Positions 53,801 to 64,000 of a stretch of 64,000 nucleotides of DNA are shown piece after piece (within the stretch, counting starts at the first letter, position 1; every line of letters begins with the position of its first letter). Location of the stretch: assembly GCF_018350175.1 (NCBI RefSeq), contig NC_058368.1:212848001-212912000 (forward strand), given 5' to 3'. The notes beneath the pieces were generated by a model. The model did not search any database. It had not been told where the DNA came from and saw only the letters and a program-made list of their open reading frames with translations. The stretch is from Felis catus. Taxonomy: Eukaryota. The translations under genes and the position numbers were made by a program.

Positions 53801-54652
53801 GGGATAGAAGGAACATACTTAAACGTCATAAAAGCCATTTATGAAAAGCCCATAGCTAATATCGTCCTCAATGGGGAAAAACTGAGAGCTTTCCCCCTGA
53901 GATCAGGGACATGACAGGGCTGTCCACTCTCATCGCTGTTGTTTAACATAGGGTTGGAAGTTCTAGCATCAGCAATCAGACAACAAAAGAAGACCAAAGG
54001 CATCAAAATTGGCAAAGATGAAGTCAAGCTTTCACTTTTTGCAGATGACATGACATTATTATGGAAAACCCGATAGACTCCACCAAAAGTCTCCTAGAAC
54101 TGATACATGAATTTAGAACAGTCGCAGGATACAAAATCAATGTACAGAAATCAGTTGCATTTTTATACACTAATAATGAAGCAACAGAAAGACAAATAAA
54201 GAAACTGATCTCATTCACAATTGCACCAAGAATCATAAAATACCTAGGAATGAACTTAACCAAAGATGTTAAAATCTATATGCTGAAAACCATAGAAAGC
54301 TTGTGAAGGAAATTGAAAAAGATACAAAGAAATGGAAAAACATGACCAATTTCAAGCTGATGTCACTGAATGTGGAGCTAAGAAGAGATGTACAGTGTGT
54401 TACGTGATTATTTTATATTTCCATACAGATGCCTTACAGATAGAATAGATGTAAATACTCTCAAATGCATAGAAAATAGCAAAATAATTTGAAAGTGAAA
54501 TTTTGAGTATTTATTTCCATTGTTTTTAATAAAATGAATTTAATTGTAAGCTTATATAACTTAGCTTTGAAGAATGACTTTGTTAACCAGCTCACAAAGT
54601 TTCTGAAACTATAATAAATTGTTTTCACAAGCTAGTACAAACAACTCCAGCA
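50835..54652 (-). mobile_element. MER63-like hAT element (~50835-50939 + 54354-54652) interrupted by L1
   Basis: The two flanks join into a continuous MER63-like sequence ending 'tagtacaaacaactccagcac'; homologous to 4465-4620. Confidence 0.65.
50940..54343 (-). mobile_element. 5'-truncated, 5'-inverted (twin-primed) L1_Fc-like insertion; - strand 50940-~52608, inverted + strand segment ~52609-54343; TSD AACATGACCAATTTC
   Basis: (TAA)n tail at 50941-50964; ORF2 C-terminus with [18 protein letters not shown] on - strand; ORF2 EN-end to RT on + strand; TSD at 50925-50939 and 54339-54353. Confidence 0.96.
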
Positions 54653-54942
54653 CAACTCCACACATATCTTCTTTATATGACAGAATTGAACCAGAGAATG
54701 ACAATTAATTCTTAAATAAGATCTAATAAAGCTTTTGGGCCAAGGCTTACTTGAATGAGAAGATACAGGATCTTGGATGGGTAGAAATTAAGAATAAAAT
54801 GCAAAAAAAGCATCCAGACTAATATACAGGGTTTTGGCTTCGGGGGGTTTTCTTTTTTTCTCTTAAGTCAAAGCAGCTAGAAAAAGCTTAAAGTAAGGGG
54901 AAAAAATGTTTCAAAAAAGAAAAAAGAAAAAAAATGTTTCAG

Positions 54943-55382
54943 TGTGCTTTTCTGGAGGATACACTAAGTAAGAAACACAAATACCATATGATTTCACTCA
55001 TAATCTAAAAAGCAAAACAGATGAATAAACAGACAAAAAGCGTTATCTGACCTGTAAATACAGAGAACAAACTGATGGTTGTCACAGGAAATGGGGGTAA
55101 AGGGATGGGCAAAATGGGTGAAGAGGAGTGGGAAACACCAACTTCCAGTTATGGAATGAGTGAGTCACAGGAATAAAAGGCACAGCACATAGAATATAGT
55201 CAATGATACTGTGGCAGTGTTGTATGGGGACAAACGGGGACTACTTGGGTGAACACAGCATAAGATATAGAAAGGTTGAATCACTATGCAGTAGGCCTGA
55301 AACTAATGCAACATTGTGTGTCAACTATACTCAAATTTTTCAAGAAAAAAATTTTAAGTAGATAGAAAATGCTTAATAGAGT
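54943..55382 (+). mobile_element. Old L1 3' end (L1_Carn/L1MA9-like) with ~18-bp TSD AAG(A)7-8TGTTTCAG
   Basis: 'aaataccatatgatttcactcat...cctgaaactaatgcaacattgtgtgtcaactatactc'; direct repeats at 54924-54942 and 55383-55400. Confidence 0.85.
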
Positions 55383-57994
55383 AAGAAAAAAATGTTTCAG
55401 CATGATCATTTGCAAGTGTATTGTTGCATTATTATCACTATCACTATTGTTGTTATTATAATAAACCGATAATTAGTGCTCTGTTTCACTATAGGAGCAG
55501 CCTGTAAATGTAACTAAAAGTTTAACACTGGAGGCTGGTTTTAAGAAACAGTTATGAAAACCTTTGAAGGAAAGAGCAGAGGCATGAGATGTCTATTTTG
55601 CCAGTAGTTTGGGTTTAAAAATAGCCTGTTAATCACTCAACTAGTCAGAATGTGAGAGATCTCTCAAGGAAGACAAAGATAAACTATTAGGAATCTGGGG
55701 TGGACACAGGTTTGTGTGGCCTCTAATAGAATCAGCGAGCAAAGATTTACTAAACAGATGGATATCTCTAAGACACTGAGATACAACAAGGGGGAAGCGT
55801 GGCCCAGGATCTATTCTCAGGTTACAGTGAATAAACAAGCAGACATTATGTAATCCCATCAGACAACAGACTAATGTCTCCAGACTGATGGATTTCATAA
55901 TTTCAACTATCATTTACCAATGTTTAATTCTGTCAAGTAAAGACATAAAAGCCGGGGGTGGGGCGACCACTGTTATCACTACCATTTGATGATAGAAAAG
56001 GTATTCTCACAGCTCAGACACAAAATCATAGTTGTAATCTCACGGGGAAAAAAAAAGCCAAACAAAGCTTTATATATTCAGTCAATTAGTGTTTATGAAC
56101 ATTTCCCTATTATTGTCCTTGTTTTTCTTATTAAAGCACAAACTGCTAATGCTTCCTGGACAGACAACCATCCTGAAGATGTGACATGGAAACCTCTGAG
56201 CAGCAGTCCTAAATTCTGCTGTAAAGGTAGCATCTTTTTCTTATCATCACGATCAATGTCTGATAGGGCAGTATGCGACAGAAGATTAAAGGTGAGAGGG
56301 TCTTTGAGGGTCATCTAGGTATACTTAAGGTGTGAACAACACTAATCTCATGTTGTTACTGTGGCCACTGCCGTATTTCACGCCCTGGCTTTGTCATCTC
56401 CTGGCTGGGTGACCAGGGCAAGGTGTAAGACTCTGTCTCAGAGATGATCGCAGTGCCTGCCTCACAGGGCTGTGGCAGGGACTGCATGAGATAGTTTAGC
56501 CCTGGAGGGTCCTGGGAAGTTTGATGCCACCAGTGTGAGCCATCATTGCTTCTCTCTGCTGGGAACCTCCCACCCACAACGTTGTGCACACCTCAGGGTC
56601 CTCATCTATGAAATGAAGTTAAGGAGTAGATAGAATCTACCACACACAAGGTCACATACAAGAAAGATCCCAGGGCCACAGTTATGGGCCAATCTTGACA
56701 CTAGGAGCCCAAGAACTTGAGATGCTAAAATAGTAGCAACCCCATTTGTTGACCTGCCACTGCATATCAGGAACCACTTGAACCCTTCAAATGACTTATT
56801 ATTCTCCTAATTGTACCAAGGGGCAAACTGAGGCAAACAAAGGCCTGTGGTGTGCTGAGACCCCCACAGCTAGTTTATAAAAACACAGAGATTTAAGCAG
56901 GCCATTTGAGAAAATCTAAGTTTTAACAAAATTTCACAAAGCAGAAACATCATGGAGTATTAACCTTACAAAAACTATACAGAGTTTCTTTGGGTAATAA
57001 TTCCCCTGGTGCAGGAAATGTTTTATTTTGGAATACTTAGTACTTGACAAAGAAGATAAAAGGAAAGAAAAGTTTCAGGGAATTCTTTGAAGACCAGCAG
57101 TGTGGAAGTTATAATGTTAAAAGGATAAATAAGGTGGCGACTGAAGAGATGGGACAAAGCTACAAGGTTGTTCAAAACAGAGTGCAAGCCCCAAAACCTG
57201 ATGTAAATTAGTGAAGAACGCTGGATGTAAAAACACTGGGAGTGGAGGGCTCCCAGCAAATTAGAGAGTATTTGCCCCATCAAAGGCATTAAAATTCCTT
57301 TTTTTTCTTTCTGCAAACACTAGCTGTCCAAACAGAATGCATCTGCAGAGACTCCAATCATAATCACTGAGACAATAAATGCCCCAGAATGAGGGAGAGC
57401 TCACCTGAAGCCAGGGTGGCCGGGGAGGTCTGCAGAGCAGCAGGTATGAACCATCGGGTGAAAAACAGACCCGACTAGAAAGCCAAGGGTTTTCCCAGCA
57501 GGAGGAACAAAAGGGATAAAAAGTTGCAGTCAGGAAAGTGTGAGGAATGTTTTGTGTGTGACAAGGAAATCAGTTTGAGGAAGTCAAATTCAGCACAATT
57601 TGAACCTAAGGACCAGCCACTAGTAAGACAGTAAAGCCAGACTGAGGGTGTAGAGCTGTGAACACCAGAGGCGGGTGTGGAATCTGATGGGGAAGAGGGA
57701 AGCTCATTAGAGGTTACTGAGCAAGACAGTGACATTGTCAAAGCAGCATCTTAGGAAGACCAACATGGCGGCAGTGAAAAGAAGGAGGAAAAGAGGGGTG
57801 TTGAGGAGTTGGGAGGCTGCTCTCCACTACTTTGAGGCTGAGGTGATAAAGGCCTTGTTTGGTGGCAGAGAAGATGGACAGGGAGAGATGGATGAGAATC
57901 TGACTGGATGTGAAAGGTGATAAAAAGGAAGCCAGGTCTACTTACAGAAGATGAAAAATGACCACTCTACTGGCCTAAGTGGTTTGGCATGGTC

Positions 57995-58290
57995 ATTGTC
58001 TAGAAACAGCCTGACTTCAAACCCCAGCTCTGCTACTTGGTAGCTGGGAGGACTTGGGCAAGTTACTTAACCTTTCTGTGCCTCCATTTACACACTTTTA
58101 AAGTGACCGTAGTCGAACTTCGTAAGAGTGACACATGGATAGTGTGTCATAGGAACTTCATAGGAGTGACACTGACACATTGTTCAGAAAATGAACCTAT
58201 TTAAGGTGCTCAGCCCATTTATGGTGCTTAACCCATTTAAGGTGCGTAGGTCTCTTGGCATGCAAAGAGCTCTCAATAGCTCACTACTGT
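57995..58290 (+). mobile_element. MIR relic with internal micro-rearrangements
   Basis: 'cttcaaaccccagctctgctactt...ttgggcaagttacttaacctttctgtgcctcc'. Confidence 0.75.
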
Positions 58291-60125
58291 TACTGAACTG
58301 AGAAGGGCACACACTCTTGCTCATTCTTCATTAAATACTGAGAACAGTCATGAGAGGTATACAGTTAAGACACCAGGTGACAAGTTTCATTTAGTTAGTC
58401 TTTTGTTGGATTTTTTCCTAAAAGCATAAAATACCTTTGACACCACCCAGGACACTCCTGCTGGAGGAGCACAGGTCTCTCCTGCATAGCTGGTTCTTTT
58501 TCGAACCCTCCATGGAGAGCACCCAGCACTGGCCACCACACTACAGGATAAGGAGGGGGTGACACAGCCTGGAATGCAGTCTCCCAGACCTGTCTTACTT
58601 GACCCTCATTCTGAACTATCGGAGGCTCTTCTGGAAGAGAGGTGTTGTCTCTATTCTGGTCTCTGGTGTCCCTGGGCCTGGGAGGTATCCCTATAGGTAT
58701 TAGGAACTTCAGGGCTTTGATGCAATCATCTTCTACCAGCCTGCCTGATGCCTGGTCTCTCTTGGCCCACTGGAGTAGCAGTGGAATAAGAATCCCTTTT
58801 GTCTACACTATGCAATCTCCCCACCCACCCACTAACACCTTTATGAGGTGCTGCAAAATCCCAGAATTCCCAGGAGAGACTTGGACTGAGGTCAGGCACT
58901 GGTGGAGAAGATGTTCTTCGGGACCCATGAGGGTCTTTTATATTGGGGGGAGGGCAGGCATTGCTCTGACAGAGGACAGCTGCTAGCATGATTGCCCCAG
59001 GGTAATGACGTCCAGGGAGCAGTTCTTAGGAATGCTAGGTTCTTCAGTTCTTAGAGGTTCTGATAAGCCAGGGCGAGAAAGCAGGTGTGTGACAGTGCTG
59101 ATACGCTAGGCCAGCAGGCGCCTCCACCCCGAGGAGAAAGCAGATTTGAATGAAACTTCTCTGGCCCTCTGAGGGCTGTCACTGGCCCACACTGGCCCTT
59201 GTCTGGCCCCTTTGGATGGGGGCCAATGTACAGAAGAGGGACCTCTTCCTCCTTACTGTCATCTCTTCCTACATCAGGGCAGGGCTACTTGTCACCAAGC
59301 CAAATTGTCTTGAAAGGCCTCAAAAATGACAAGCTGGGGGCTTTGTCCCCTTATCCAGGGCAACAGGAGAGTATCGTAATTGTCCTACTGAATGCCTCAC
59401 TCTATGCCAGGCAGGGTTCTAAATTTGAAGTCTTCACAGCAGTTGTGAGGTTGGGACTATGACAATCCCACTCACCACAGGGTGCAAGTCACAAGAATGG
59501 AGCCGTGTTATAACCTAGCTCCAACAGTGTCCTCATCTATGAAATGGGAATGATAGAGCTTCAGCAGCTAACAATGCTCAGGGATGCACAAAGCCTGCAG
59601 ATGGAATTCTTTTCCTTACTTCTAGTTTGGTGTTAATAGATGATTTTTTTAATTGCTATTCTTTAAAAAAAACACAGCCATTGGTACCTCTCCTATTAGT
59701 AGTCCTATTTCTGTCAACTCCAGAAGCCCATGATTTAGCATTAGGGAAGGAGTGTGGTACTAAATCAATGGTGTTTGGAGCTCCATAGAGCTCCTCTGGG
59801 GAACATAGCCCCCACTAGCCACAGTGATGAAGCATATTTGGCCATTCGTGGGATGTTGCGTATGCATGAAGAAGTTCAGAGAGGGATGAGGAGGTAATAC
59901 ACAAGATGGAGATTCAAGAAGGCCCAGGTCCCCAGGGTGGTCCCCAGGGTGATATGGGAAAACACTAGGAATACTCTGTACATTATGGACTGAATATTTG
60001 TATTCCCCCTAAAATTCATATGTTGAAGTTCAAATCCCCCAGTGTGGCTCTATTTGGAAATGAGGTCACAAGGGTGGGGGTCTGATCTAATAGGATTAGT
60101 GTCCTTATAAGAAGAGACACCAGAG

Positions 60126-60339
60126 AGGCGCCTGGGTGGCTCGGTCGGTTAAGCACCTGACTTCGGCTCAGGTTGTGATCTCATGGTTCGTGGGTTCGAG
60201 CCCCACATTGGGTTCTGTGCTAACAGCTCAGAGCCTGGAGCCTGTTTCAGATTCTGTGTCTCCCTCTCTCTCTGCCCCTCCCTCGCTCACACTCTGTCTC
60301 TGTCTCAAAAATAAATAAACATTAAAAAATAATTTAAAA
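60126..60339 (+). mobile_element. Can-SINE, TSD AAGAAGAGACA(nn)AGAGA
   Basis: 'ggcgcctgggtggctcggtcggttaagc'; flanking repeat starts at 60109 and 60340. Confidence 0.96.
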
Positions 60340-60408
60340 AAGAAGAGACATGAGAGAGTCCCTCTCCCTCTCTACTTGTCTACCTCTCTCTCTATTTCTA
60401 TTTCTATC

Positions 60409-60662
60409 ATTGCATTACCTGCCCCACACACACCCATTTCTGGGATTGGTAAGTAATAAATGTGACTTTACTTCCTCTCTGTGAGTGTATTGAAACTGTG
60501 CCTTCAATCAAAATAACCCCAGGGTTCTTACTTCCCCAAAGTGCGAGCTCTGATGCTAAGGGAGCTAGCTGCCAACCCTGTGTAGGTGCCTTGTGCCTCC
60601 TCATTCATCAGATCAGATTCTGCATGTTGTCAATTCAGTACACTAGCTCCAGCTTCCCAACA
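60409..60662 (+). mobile_element. Probable ERV LTR 3' (R/U5) fragment
   Basis: Contains AATAAA at ~60455, ends '...cccaaCA', interrupts the MLT1A sequence; family not recognised. Confidence 0.4.
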
Positions 60663-61402
60663 TTTCTATCTGCCTATCTCCCTGTGCACACATGCACCCA
60701 GGAAAGGACACGTGAGGATACGGCAAGAAGACGGCCATCTATAAGCCGAGAAGCCCTCGCCAGAAACCAAATTGGGAGACATCTTGATCTTGGCCTTGCA
60801 GCCTCCATAACTGTAATAAATTTGTTGGTTCAGACCCCCAGTCTTTGGTATTTTTGGTATGACAGCCTGAGTGGACTAAGACAGCCTGTGTTTCCTGGAG
60901 GTTTCCTGGCCCCACCCTTCATTTCTGGCTTGCCCTTCCACACCCTTCCCCCAGCCCCCACTCCAACCTCCAGCCCAGAATCAGCATCCGGCTCAGAATC
61001 CTCTCAAACACAAGCCCCCAGTATGAGTGGCATTCGTGGTTCTGTCAGGGGACTCCATGGCAGTGGTAGGAGCAGGAAGACCAGGGAAATCGCTATGTGG
61101 TGCTCTGGCTTAAAACAAACCATAAGTAATTTTCCAGGTAATGAAGCAGCTTTTTACAACCTTGAGGAAACTAGAGATGCTTAAATCTCATCAGTCTAAT
61201 GAGTACACCAGAACCTGAAGAACTCTCTAGTGACAAAACTGACTTGGGACCTCTTCAAACTGGGCAATAGGAGTCAGTGAGGCCAACTGTGTAGCTGTGC
61301 AGTGTTCTCAAGCTGTAGAGATGCAGGTAATAGGATTTCTGAAGGGTTCTTCCCTTACCCTCCAATTCAAGGTTCACCACTCATTATAATATATTGTTTT
61401 CT

Positions 61403-61605
61403 TAGGGCACCTGGGTGGCTTAGTTGGTTGAGCATCCAACTCTTGATTTTGGCTTGGGTCATGATCCCTGTGTTGTGGGATCAAGCCCTGTGTCAGGCTG
61501 CACGCTGAGCATGGAGACTTCTTGGGACACTCTCTCCCTCTGCCCCTCTCCCCAACTCATGCTATCTCTCTTTCTATATATAATAAAATATAAAAAAGTA
61601 AAATA
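61403..61605 (+). mobile_element. Can-SINE (older subfamily)
   Basis: 'gggcacctgggtggcttagttggttgagcatccaactcttgatttt', CT region, A-rich tail. Confidence 0.92.
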
Positions 61606-61799
61606 ATAGTAATTTTTTTTTATTTCTATAAACTTCCCTTTGCTGGGCAGAAATTATTGAGTTCTTTCATGGGTACCACTCAAGCAGTACAATTCATCAC
61701 ATCTACTAATTGATCTTTACTTAAACTCCCCCTAGGAAAACAAAGTCCCCAGAGAATATGGATATGTGCAGTGTATGTTGGTTGAATTATAAGCAGGAA

Positions 61800-64000
61800 A
61801 AAGTTTCTGTGGGATGTATTTTTAATGAGAACACCATTGTTATAGTGTGAGCATGTGGCATTCTTGCTTAATAGAAACATTTACAAGAACATACATATTT
61901 ATATCCAAACACCAAATGAAGTAGATACTTTAAATGACCAGTCTGCACCAGAAATAAAAATATATTATACAAAACAGGGGTTATATCCACAGTCATTAAC
62001 TTTCATTTTCCACACAAAACAATAAATTAAATCACATTATATGCAGATAGTTCTACTTACATTAGAATAATAAATTGTATGTAGCTTGTGCAGCTCTTAT
62101 TTTACTTTTCTACCATCCTCATGGTAGATTTATATTGGTTGGTAGTCCTATATTTAAGATAACAATGAGTAATAAATGGCCCAGAAGACAAAGGCTACAA
62201 AAGCAATCCTCCACAGTGTCTGTTCCATGTCCTCTTGGTTTCAACCATTCACCACACACAGGACACAATGCTCAGGTCCCAGGACCCAGCAAAAAGGTAT
62301 GCAAACTCACAGCATCTGCATGTTATTGGGAGCGCCTTATCACTGTCTTATAAGTAAGACACACCACACTGAACTTTGTCAGATGTCGGCATTAAATAAT
62401 AGAGTATCTGGTTTTGAAATCCAAATTTTCCTCTTTCTCAACATTTTCTGCCCAGTTATTGTATGACAGCTTTGTTCCCCTAGCAAACAAAATTTGGTAG
62501 TCTATGTTATTATTTACACCCTTGGTGGAAGGGCCCTTTATTCCTGTGCATAAAATTTAGATCTTTAAACACGTGAATCAAAGCAACAGCATCTCTGCTA
62601 ACTCTTAATTTTGCTTGTTCAAATCTTTCCCCTAGAAATCATTCCACACCTGATACATCAAAGAGCTATTATAACATACAGATTTTTACTTCCGAGACTC
62701 AGCTCCCATTGAAACCCTTTCACCGTGTTTGAAGTAGTTTACAACATGAACATTAACAGCATCAGCTGGTTTAGAATTGCTTTCCCTTTGGTATGAATTA
62801 ACGTTAGTGGTTAATGAAAAATTTGAACAAACTCCAATCCAGCACCCTTTGAAAGTCATTTTAATCCTAGAGTCTAGCTGTGGGATATGCCTGCAAGAGA
62901 CATTTGTGAGATCTACATGCTGAAAACCAAAGCCAGGCTTGTTGGAATATACGCACATCACAGGCTTGAACTGCCCCGAGAGCATGTGTGGTCAAGTCAG
63001 CATAGGGTTCTGATCCAAAGCCAGCTACATTCTTATAGGCAGCACTGTTTTCTCTTCTTTCCCTCTGAGGAAGTGCAGAGGTCCTACTCAAGTCTCTACC
63101 TGCATGGGCAAGATGCCGATGCATCTTTGGAGCCATGATGGATGGTGGAGGGGTGGGCAGAGGGAGTAGGGGAGAAAGGGGTGGTAAAGACAGTGGCAGC
63201 TTGCAATGCCACCCTCTTCTGTTTCTTTCGGAGGATCAAACTCTTGACTTTTCTTGCTGGGTGTGTCCCAAGCTTCTTGCTGAGTCTGGCTATTGAAGAT
63301 GAGCTAAACTACTGGGTATTCTGTAGTTTAAAGATCAACTGAAAAGGAAACAGATCCTTCTGAACAGCACCTTCTCATTTTCTATGCTTCTGCACTGCCC
63401 CCAAAACATATTCCATGTTTTCAGACAGTTTCAGTTTGTTCCAGTGAAGAAGAAATTCAGCCCATTTTCAGCTTCTCCATGAAGCACTAACCAACAGGGC
63501 ATAACTAAACAAAACCCATGAAATACAGATCAAGAGGCCTGATTTTGGTTGGTGTTTGGCTTTATCCTGTATCCACTCAGGATCTGGGTTCTTTGTGTCC
63601 CAAGAAACATAGGTCCGCATTCCTTTCAATTTATAAACACCCCCTTAATACTGGTGGTATAATATTTTACTTGGCGTCCTAAACAGACTTCTACAAATAG
63701 CCCAGTATACTCACTCACAAGAAGGTGGTGATGCCACGGAAACGACTTTCTGAATTGTCACTGTATGAGGTCTATACAATAGCTTTAATTTCCCTGCCAA
63801 TGGCATATCTTACACTTCCAAAATCAGTACCAACCAGAAGGAAAGTGGTAAATTAGGGAAAAAGGGGACACAGGTACCTGGAATAAGCTAACTCTAGAAG
63901 CCTGTGAGTAAAGTAAAAATCTGAATTTTAGAGAAGAGGAGAAAAGGGCATTATCTTTCCATGCCTTTCTCTTCTCTCTCCACTAAATATAGCATCTGAA
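61800..64000 (-). other. Candidate 3' UTR / terminal exon of an unidentified gene lying beyond the right window edge
   Basis: No recognisable repeats over ~2.2 kb; U/UG-rich minus strand; ATTAAA at 61821-61826(-), TGTAAATA at 62511-62518(-), ATTTAATTTA at 62023-62032(-). Confidence 0.45.

Larger units (their letters stand above)
59980..60883 (+). mobile_element. MaLR solo LTR (MLT1A-like) interrupted by a Can-SINE and an LTR-like fragment
   Basis: 'tatggactgaatatttgt...aaattcatatgttgaa...ggattagtgtccttataagaagagac' ... 'cttgatcttgg...cagcctcca...ggactaagaca'. Confidence 0.82.

Noticed and set aside
58194..58247. Short repeats as a CRISPR-like array
   Set aside because: Units are directly adjacent with no unique spacers, there are no cas genes, and the context is a mammalian MIR.
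60462..61184. 240-aa ORF as a novel protein
   Set aside because: Non-ATG start, runs through LTR fragments, no recognisable domain; most likely a chance ORF.
62686..63860. Coding exons in the terminal unique region
   Set aside because: Short ORFs with no recognisable homology; a candidate GTGAGT donor at ~63715(-) is preceded by in-frame stops in the frame I examined.

Overview
Repeat-rich mammalian genomic DNA, almost certainly a felid: it carries cat-type Can-SINEs and cat-type LINE-1 ORF1/ORF2 sequence. I see no intact protein-coding gene, RNA gene or prokaryotic/CRISPR-type system. Every ORF with a recognisable product is a broken LINE-1 fragment. Main content: (i) a + strand L1 (1-3958, 5' end off the window) with a ~0.7 kb internal deletion and a templated triplication at the junction; (ii) a near full-length, dead - strand L1 of a different lineage (~41117-47825); (iii) a 5'-inverted (twin-primed) L1 with a perfect 15-bp TSD (50925-54353) inside a MER63-like element; (iv) eight Can-SINEs, several MaLR/ERV LTRs, hAT MITEs, L2/MIR relics and microsatellites; (v) a ~2.2 kb apparently repeat-free tail (61800-64000) resembling the 3' UTR of an unidentified - strand gene. 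The most unusual observations are the disabling lesions shared by L1 copies (i) and (iii), and a series of short near-perfect tandem duplications (187, 134, 59, 37 bp and smaller), some with template-switch or snap-back junctions. Both may be biological or assembly/polishing artefacts. I found no convincing evidence for a new biological system. Repeat family names come from recognition of consensus sequences from memory, not from a database search.
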